Shown here: positions 1-5,288 of the stretch, one piece after another
Numbering within the stretch: position 1 is the stretch's first letter
Layout of the letters: every line of letters starts with the position of its first letter
Source: a virus
IMG/VR virus record: IMGVR_UViG_3300035696_000883
Reading direction: 5' to 3' (one strand)
DNA: 14,336 nucleotides
Notes under the pieces: model-generated
The model's input: only the letters and a program-made list of their open reading frames with translations
Told to the model about the DNA's origin: nothing
Database searches by the model: none
Made by a program: the position numbers and the translations under genes

Positions 1-12
1 AGTCTTTCGAAA

Positions 13-210
13 ATGAACGATTCCGCGAGACTCGAATGGCTTTTCGACCACGGCGGCGCGGACTTGGACTACAGGGTCGTGGACGGTCATATTGCGTTTT
101 TCTACATCCGGTGGTTCAGTGATTCGGACTGGTACATCGTGCGTGGTAAAGACTGGCGCGAGTGTATTGATAACGCCATCGACGGGAAAGCTGAAAAGGT
201 AGGAGACTAA
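13..210 (+). CDS. hypothetical protein (frame is open from nt 1, so the gene may start upstream of the window)
   Basis: ORF in frame 1 with no stop between nt 1 and the ATG at 13. The stop TAA (208-210) overlaps the next ATG (210) as TAATG. The product is Trp- and Asp-rich like its neighbours. Confidence 0.45.
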   Translation: MNDSARLEWLFDHGGADLDYRVVDGHIAFFYIRWFSDSDWYIVRGKDWRECIDNAIDGKAEKVGD

Positions 211-569
211 TGGCGACGCCGATGAAGAAGCACTGGTACTTCGATATTCACGATCCAGAAGTGACTCCCGCCGTCTACCACTTGCTGTGGGCGGTGATCT
301 ACGAGACGCCGAATGATCTGATCCACGAAGTATGGTGGGAGCGCTTCGTAGACGCTATCGAGTTCGGCGACAACCAGAGAAAGCAGTATAACGAGCGCAT
401 CTCGCATCCTGACTCGTACTGCTACTCAGGCGGCAAAGAACAACTGGAAGCCTTCAAAGCTAAGACCCCGCCGACTTTTGAAGAAGCAATCGAAGAGTAC
501 AGGCTTTGGCTTGAAGCCCGTGGTGTAGACGCTCTGCACGAGCCAGTGCTGGTCAAGATGTGGTGGTAA
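210..569 (+). CDS. hypothetical protein, Trp-rich (119 aa)
   Basis: TAATG stop/start overlap with the upstream ORF. No competing ORF. The stop is followed by a strong AAGGAGG. Confidence 0.6.
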   Translation: MATPMKKHWYFDIHDPEVTPAVYHLLWAVIYETPNDLIHEVWWERFVDAIEFGDNQRKQYNERISHPDSYCYSGGKEQLEAFKAKTPPTFEEAIEEYRLWLEARGVDALHEPVLVKMWW

Positions 570-665
570 CCAAGGAGGAATAGTGCCACTTCACGGAAGG
601 TTTCATCGGACGCTGCTATACGTCAGCAACGCGCCCGTAGTATACTCTTAGCGAGGGCTACTGAT

Positions 666-1037
666 ATGGCAAAAGCTAAGAAAGGCATTCTCTCCCCGAA
701 GGTTGTTGAGTTTAAGAAGCCGGAACTGGACGGCATTCCCGAAGACGCCGACCCGAAGTTTGTTGAGTTCGCAATGAAGGTTGACACGCTCAGCCGGAAG
801 ATCATCGACGTCGTGGACACGGAAGAAACCAGTGTAGTTCTGGCGTCACTCGAAATGGTTCTCAAGGCTGCGGTTGGCACGTTGGGTAAGCGTGAGCAGC
901 AATTACTCGTTGACCACTTGAACGATTTCCACCGTGAGATCGCGGTGACGTTGCTTTTAGGCGGCATCCTGCGTCAAGCTGGACTGGACCCGAACGCGGA
1001 GCCGGACTTGGGTGCTCTGGATGAAAAAGATCGGTGA
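666..1037 (+). CDS. hypothetical protein (123 aa), Lys-rich N-terminus and acidic body
   Basis: ATG preceded by GAGGG about 8 nt upstream. Sits downstream of an intergenic gap with a TATACT -10-like element. Confidence 0.6.
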   Translation: MAKAKKGILSPKVVEFKKPELDGIPEDADPKFVEFAMKVDTLSRKIIDVVDTEETSVVLASLEMVLKAAVGTLGKREQQLLVDHLNDFHREIAVTLLLGGILRQAGLDPNAEPDLGALDEKDR

Positions 1038-1218
1038 TGTGATTTTCATAGCTTGGCTGGTGTTCGCGGCTCTCGGTGAAAGCCGGAAGCTCATGCTGGT
1101 GCTGATCGCCTTCGCAGGACTGGCGGCGCTCCTGCATCACAACGGTTACGCGGTTTTCTTCGGCGGCGCGGCGCTACTCGGTTATATCGCAGCCGGGAAC
1201 CCGCCAAAGTTCTATTGA
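1021..1218 (+). CDS. small integral membrane protein (65 aa, 2-3 predicted TM helices; holin-like in size and topology)
   Basis: ATG at 1021 (MKKIGDV...) is preferred over the GTG at 1012 in the ORF track. The protein has hydrophobic stretches VIFIAWLVFAALG, LMLVLIAFAGLAALL and AVFFGGAALLGYIAAG. Confidence 0.55.
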   Translation: MKKIGDVIFIAWLVFAALGESRKLMLVLIAFAGLAALLHHNGYAVFFGGAALLGYIAAGNPPKFY

Positions 1219-1448
1219 TGGAGAACCGCGAACAAGTCGAGCGATTAGTACAGGATGGTGTGGCGTGCTATGAAGCCCGCCGCAACACCGCTGCTTTGCT
1301 CGCCAGAGCTAGGCAAGATACTATTCTTTTAGAGCAAGAATTAAATCGAATCGAAGCTGAATGCGACAGCATCATAAAGAAGCTGAGGTCTTTTGGGTTT
1401 CACGATGTAGGTCACGCCAAGGGAGAACTTGGAAAGGGGACGCCATGA
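1218..1448 (+). CDS. small coiled-coil/helical protein (76 aa)
   Basis: ATG at 1218 overlaps the upstream stop (TGATG). Heptad-like, charged sequence (LLEQELNRIEAECDSIIKKL). Confidence 0.5.
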   Translation: MENREQVERLVQDGVACYEARRNTAALLARARQDTILLEQELNRIEAECDSIIKKLRSFGFHDVGHAKGELGKGTP

Positions 1449-1789
1449 AAGAACGCCACGTAATGCCGTTCATAATTTTGCTCGTAGTCCTGCTGTTCTT
1501 AGGCTGCACATTTGCCCACGCGCAGTACAGTTCCATCAGCCCACTCAACGGGCCTTCTTATCAGCCGCCCAGCAACCCGCGTCACGCGGACCAGCATGAT
1601 CTGGCACCAATGCAAAACCTGCTCGGAAACAACTCCATCAGCGAAGGTCATGGCGAGCGCCCGCTTTGGGAGTTTGGTGGAACGCCGGAAGTTTCACTTG
1701 GGGATTTCGCCAAAAAATATCGCGCTGAACACGCCAAGCTCGCACCGGAAGACCGCGCACAAATCCGATGGAATAAGCAGGGTCAGTAA
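1445..1789 (+). CDS. predicted secreted lipoprotein (114 aa) with Pro-rich mature N-terminal region
   Basis: ATGA overlap with the upstream gene. N-terminal signal peptide MKERHVMPFIILLVVLLFLG followed by Cys, matching a lipobox pattern ([LF][L]G C). An AHA-Q SPase I site is also possible. The mature region is rich in Pro, Ser and Asn. Confidence 0.6.
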   Translation: MKERHVMPFIILLVVLLFLGCTFAHAQYSSISPLNGPSYQPPSNPRHADQHDLAPMQNLLGNNSISEGHGERPLWEFGGTPEVSLGDFAKKYRAEHAKLAPEDRAQIRWNKQGQ

Positions 1790-2130
1790 TGCCGGAAGGA
1801 TTCACAGTCAACGATTTTGACGCGCTGGCGGTAGAGAAGCGTGAGCGGAACGGCTGGGGCTTTACGCGTGAAGACCTTGAGAAGTACGGCGTGCTCATGG
1901 TTACGGATGTCCGGCTGGTATGGGACGAGAGCACTCCGGTGGAGATGCGCAAGGTTTTTGCGGAAGCCAGCCACGTGCTTCACTTCATCGCGGAGCGTGC
2001 CGTCATGGATCAGCTTACGCATGACAAGCTGAAGCCGACTGAACAGTTGGATTTGCTGTATGGGGATTCAATCACCGGAGAACACGTGCTCTTGCGCAAG
2101 AGCGACTGGCACCCGGTTGGGAGTGAGTGA
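1789..2130 (+). CDS. hypothetical protein (113 aa)
   Basis: TAATG overlap with the upstream gene. Clean ORF with no competing frame. Confidence 0.6.
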   Translation: MPEGFTVNDFDALAVEKRERNGWGFTREDLEKYGVLMVTDVRLVWDESTPVEMRKVFAEASHVLHFIAERAVMDQLTHDKLKPTEQLDLLYGDSITGEHVLLRKSDWHPVGSE

Positions 2131-2435
2131 TGCAGAAGATTTACGTGGCGCAGACGGATGAAACGTGGGGAACAGGCGCTCAGTATGGTCCTTTTGATAC
2201 CAGCGGCGAGGCCGAACGCGCAGCAAAGCAACTAGGCTGGGGCTACGTGACGGTTCTTTCTTGGGACGATGAAGTATTCGTCGGCGCACGGACGTATCCG
2301 GTCGCACCGTCCATCGAGCAGTTACGTGCGGTGATCGCTGGCGTGCCGCCACTGAGCGCTGCTGAGTCAAAATTTTTCGCTTTCTATGAAGACCAATTGA
2401 ATGCACCTTCTGATCCAAAAACTGCTGGGCGGTAG
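2130..2435 (+). CDS. hypothetical protein (101 aa)
   Basis: ATG at 2130 overlaps the upstream TGA (TGATG). The ORF track's GTG at 2127 is less likely. Confidence 0.6.
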   Translation: MQKIYVAQTDETWGTGAQYGPFDTSGEAERAAKQLGWGYVTVLSWDDEVFVGARTYPVAPSIEQLRAVIAGVPPLSAAESKFFAFYEDQLNAPSDPKTAGR

Positions 2436-2439
2436 ACCG

Positions 2440-2610
2440 ATGCTGCGCGTGCAGCGTGTCACCGACCGTGCGTCCAGCTTCATTGACTGCTGGGGCCGTT
2501 TGTGGCTTGCTGAGCATGAATGGAGTTGGAAGCGTTACCGGGAAGGCGTTGAAGTTCAAGAATCGCAGCCGTTGTTCTTCCCGACTCTCAGGGGTGATCT
2601 CAATGAGTAA
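2440..2610 (+). CDS. hypothetical small Trp-rich protein (56 aa)
   Basis: ATG at 2440 lies 4 nt after the upstream TAG. It fills the gap to the next gene. Its stop overlaps the next start (ATGAGTAA). Preferred over the low-complexity N-terminal extension of the 2456 ORF. Confidence 0.4.
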   Translation: MLRVQRVTDRASSFIDCWGRLWLAEHEWSWKRYREGVEVQESQPLFFPTLRGDLNE

Positions 2611-3295
2611 AGCAAAACGAGTTGGAAGCTGGGGCGACATCCCCCTCGATACCTTCGAAAAGTTCGCGGAAGCTGTTGAAAAGCTGCGCGACGAAATGAT
2701 CCCCCGCGACTGTGACGGCGACAGCCCGATCAAAGTAGTCATCGTCAACAAAATGACCCATACTTTGAGCGCGGAGCCTGTGCCGCGCAATGAAATCTAT
2801 AGCTACATCACGCATGGCTATCTGGAAGTTTCCCCAGAGAAACAGCTTGAACTCGATCATGAAACGGAACTATGGCTGGGGCACAATGTCCGTGCGGCCG
2901 CCGAAGAAGTTGACCGCCATTTTGAGTCGCGGCGGCGTGAGTGGTATGATCTGCAAAGAGACCGGGAGCCAATCGCGGAACGTATAGCCAAAACCTGCAA
3001 GCACTGCAAAGCGAATATCGCGTTCGGCCCGAACGAAGGGGACTTCTACACCAAGACGCGCAAGAAGTACCCGGACTTCCCTTTCGTGTATCACCAGAAT
3101 AACGAGCGATGCGAAGCGCACAAGTTGCGCGTGTGGGAGTGGAAACAAACGCACCCGGACTACGATCCGGTCCCCGTTCCCCGCTTCTGCAAAAAGTGCG
3201 GCTGCAAGCTGCGGAACGAGGAGTCCCGCAAGGGAAAGAACGATCAGGATCAGTGCCTTAATCACTGGTGTCCGAACAGCAAACCGAGGGAATAA
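2603..3295 (+). CDS. Cys-rich putative zinc-binding protein (about 230 aa)
   Basis: The ATG at 2603 (MSKAKRVG...) is in the same frame as track ORF 2456..3295. It is preceded by AGGGG. The C-terminal half has paired CxxC motifs (CKHCK...CEAH...CKKCGC...CLNHWC). Confidence 0.6.
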   Translation: MSKAKRVGSWGDIPLDTFEKFAEAVEKLRDEMIPRDCDGDSPIKVVIVNKMTHTLSAEPVPRNEIYSYITHGYLEVSPEKQLELDHETELWLGHNVRAAAEEVDRHFESRRREWYDLQRDREPIAERIAKTCKHCKANIAFGPNEGDFYTKTRKKYPDFPFVYHQNNERCEAHKLRVWEWKQTHPDYDPVPVPRFCKKCGCKLRNEESRKGKNDQDQCLNHWCPNSKPRE

Positions 3296-3296
3296 A

Positions 3297-3923
3297 ATGG
3301 GTTGTTACGACGTCGTATGCGCCTTCACCAACACGCCGATCTACGCCGGAGAAAAGTGCCACTTGGTCATTCTCCCAAAAGACATCAAGCCGTGGACGAT
3401 GATGTGGCTCTGCTCCAGTGAAACTTGGTGGGGGAACGACGCGCAAGTGTTCCACGGCACCTACGATGACTACGGCAGGGTGGAGTCGAAGCGCAAGTTG
3501 ACGAAGGCCGAAAGTGAACTGCTGGACACTTTTCAAGATGCTTTCGAGGAAGAGAGCTTCCGCTACAGCTTCTTTTTGAGTGATGATGCGTGGCAATACT
3601 GCCAGAAGAGGTATTCTACGTTCGTCCCGAACCACGTCACGTCCCATAGGTTGATGCGGAAAATGTCCAAGGCGGCGGGACGGACACCACCGGAGTTTTC
3701 CACGAAAGAACAAAAGCGAGAAGCGGATCAGATCGCGCTGGCGCGAGTGCTCATGGGACTGGTAACCGCCTGCAAGCACCCACTTTCCGGTTTTGGATGT
3801 TATCATCAGTATGATGGTTCTGAAGGCGAGGCCATCCGCGAAGCGCACGCATTAGCGGAGAAACGCCTAGTCGCGAGAGAGAAGTATGTCCAAGAAGAGT
3901 ACGGCGAAGAAGCCGACGAGTAA
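3297..3923 (+). CDS. hypothetical protein (208 aa), acidic C-terminus
   Basis: GAGGGAATAAA-ATG RBS 1 nt after the upstream stop. Long clean ORF. Confidence 0.65.
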   Translation: MGCYDVVCAFTNTPIYAGEKCHLVILPKDIKPWTMMWLCSSETWWGNDAQVFHGTYDDYGRVESKRKLTKAESELLDTFQDAFEEESFRYSFFLSDDAWQYCQKRYSTFVPNHVTSHRLMRKMSKAAGRTPPEFSTKEQKREADQIALARVLMGLVTACKHPLSGFGCYHQYDGSEGEAIREAHALAEKRLVAREKYVQEEYGEEADE

Positions 3924-4143
3924 CATTGTCATTGTCCACGACAACTCCGGGGATTGGGTTGGAATCTACGTTGACGGTAAGCTAGTCCGAGAAGGCCACA
4001 GTATCCAAGAAGAAGATGTGCTGGATGCAATTGGCATCCCAAACAAGAGTGTTTGGGTTGACATGGAAGACTCCCGCCTGCCAGAGAACCTTGACGAAAT
4101 CAAGGACATCAACACCAAAATCGGCGAGAACCCCGATGAATGA
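3886..4143 (+). CDS. hypothetical protein (85 aa)
   Basis: ATG preceded by GAGAGAGAAG. Overlaps the 3' end of the upstream gene by 38 nt in another frame. No internal alternative start. Confidence 0.5.
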   Translation: MSKKSTAKKPTSNIVIVHDNSGDWVGIYVDGKLVREGHSIQEEDVLDAIGIPNKSVWVDMEDSRLPENLDEIKDINTKIGENPDE

Positions 4144-4684
4144 CCTGCATCCAGCCGATCCGCGTAAGAACAGGGAATACTGGTGCGTAGAGTGCAAGAA
4201 GTCTCACGCGCCAACCGCAGAGCATCCTATCTGTCCATTCCCTGAAGGCATGGATCATCTGCATTCGCCAATGCCAAGGGACATCTACATAGATTTTCGT
4301 GGCTGGCGCTTCACGCCGCCGTTCGTGTGCATGAGATGCGGCGTTGAGGTCTGTTTCCGGCAATGGGCTTTCTCTCGTACTTGTGGGGGATGCGACATTG
4401 GCAATTCCCATACGGCTCGTCTGCGATACGGTGTCTTTGCTGGGCCCCACACGGCGCTAGAACCGCATGACCCCCGCGATCCCGGCGCACTGATGGAAGA
4501 AGACATGATTGATCCGGCCGACCGGGAAAAGTATCCGGTGATAAACCCGCGCCCGGAGAGCATCTTTGACACCCTACCGCCGCTTCCACCGTTACCGCCC
4601 TTGCCCCCACTGCCGGAACTTCCTGATTTTCCCGATGTTGAACCACTCAGGAAGTGGAAGTGGCAATCTATCTTCAAAAAGTAA
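4136..4684 (+). CDS. Cys-rich protein with C-terminal (LPP)n proline repeat (182 aa)
   Basis: The ATG at 4136 is in the frame of track ORF 4016..4684 and overlaps the upstream stop by 8 nt. Zinc-ribbon-like Cys pairs (CVECKK, CMRCGVEVC, CGGC). LPPLPPLPPLPPLPELPDFPD tail. Confidence 0.6.
   Translation: MNDLHPADPRKNREYWCVECKKSHAPTAEHPICPFPEGMDHLHSPMPRDIYIDFRGWRFTPPFVCMRCGVEVCFRQWAFSRTCGGCDIGNSHTARLRYGVFAGPHTALEPHDPRDPGALMEEDMIDPADREKYPVINPRPESIFDTLPPLPPLPPLPPLPELPDFPDVEPLRKWKWQSIFKK
4574..4633 (+). repeat. in-frame tandem Leu-Pro-Pro tripeptide repeat (4 perfect plus 3 degenerate units) encoded with diversified synonymous codons
   Basis: cta ccg ccg / ctt cca ccg / tta ccg ccc / ttg ccc cca / ctg ccg gaa / ctt cct gat / ttt ccc gat. 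The protein-level repeat is exact, but the units are not identical at DNA level. Confidence 0.8.
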
Positions 4685-4719
4685 TTGCCAAAATTTAGCT
4701 GCGGCGGTAGGATGAGGCC

Positions 4720-5001
4720 ATGGCAGACAATCCTACGTTAACGCCACAACTGTTGCTTACGATCACGAAGGAATTGGTTCACAACCGTTTATGTCGCAGT
4801 TTCGGCCCCAAGAATAGGCCCGACCGGGCTTCGGTTATGGTCACTTGGGAAGACATCGAAGACACCGCAGATGCGCTTAAATTCAATGTCTTTTACATTC
4901 CCACCTACGTGTATTCCGAAGCGATGATTCTGGCGCGTGACCAAGGATGCCTGCGAGACACCAATAACAAATGGATTACTCTTCAACGGACAACCTTATG
5001 A
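4720..5001 (+). CDS. hypothetical protein (93 aa)
   Basis: AGGATGAGG RBS-like sequence immediately upstream of the ATG. Sits in a short intergenic gap after the previous gene. Confidence 0.55.
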   Translation: MADNPTLTPQLLLTITKELVHNRLCRSFGPKNRPDRASVMVTWEDIEDTADALKFNVFYIPTYVYSEAMILARDQGCLRDTNNKWITLQRTTL

Positions 5002-5222
5002 CAACCAAAGCAAAGCGAAGCAGAAAAATGGCCTACTCGACACACGAGTACACCGTAACCAAAGTGACACCAACTGGCGACCAGATCGAAGTTTACACCG
5101 TTCTTGGTAGCCGCGATGCTTTCCACAAGCAGACTGAAGTGGAAACGGAAGGCTTCTTCGCCATCGTCCGCAACAACACCATGGACGCCGAAGAATACCG
5201 CAGCGACGGACTCGAAAAATAG
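4998..5222 (+). CDS. hypothetical small basic/acidic protein (74 aa)
   Basis: ATG at 4998 overlaps the upstream stop (ATGA). The ORF track's start at 4971 would give a 31-nt overlap. Confidence 0.5.
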   Translation: MTTKAKRSRKMAYSTHEYTVTKVTPTGDQIEVYTVLGSRDAFHKQTEVETEGFFAIVRNNTMDAEEYRSDGLEK

Positions 5223-5225
5223 TTG

Positions 5226-5254
5226 TTGATGTTTTCGTAGCGCCGTGGTATCAC
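5226..5254 (+). promoter_or_regulatory. candidate sigma70-type promoter for the vault-protein-like gene
   Basis: TTGATG (5226-5231), a 17-nt spacer, then extended -10 TGgTATCAC (5246-5254). Followed by GAAGGA/GGAG RBS-like purine tracts before the ATG at 5289. Confidence 0.35.
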
Positions 5255-5288
5255 AGTAATAGAGACCGAGAAGGAATTGGAGAACAAC

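Noticed and set aside
601-665. Canonical sigma70 -35 element paired with the TATACT at 641-646
   Set aside because: At 16-19-nt spacing the upstream hexamers (ATACGT, TATACG, CTATAC) do not resemble TTGACA. Only the -10-like palindrome is reported.
2456-2602. 5' extension of the Cys-rich gene to the start at 2456 given in the ORF track
   Set aside because: The extension is low-complexity (Ser, Gly, Ala, Val) and would overlap the upstream gene by about 150 nt. The internal ATG at 2603 with an AGGGG RBS, plus the alternative-frame gene 2440..2610, give a gap-free, coupled arrangement consistent with the rest of the array.
2068-2790. 240-aa minus-strand ORF, and likewise 3258..3848 and 13544..14059 on the minus strand
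   Set aside because: They overlap coupled plus-strand genes across several gene boundaries. They are Ser/Arg/Pro-rich with no start context. 13544..14059 also runs through the plus-strand gene 13538..13816.
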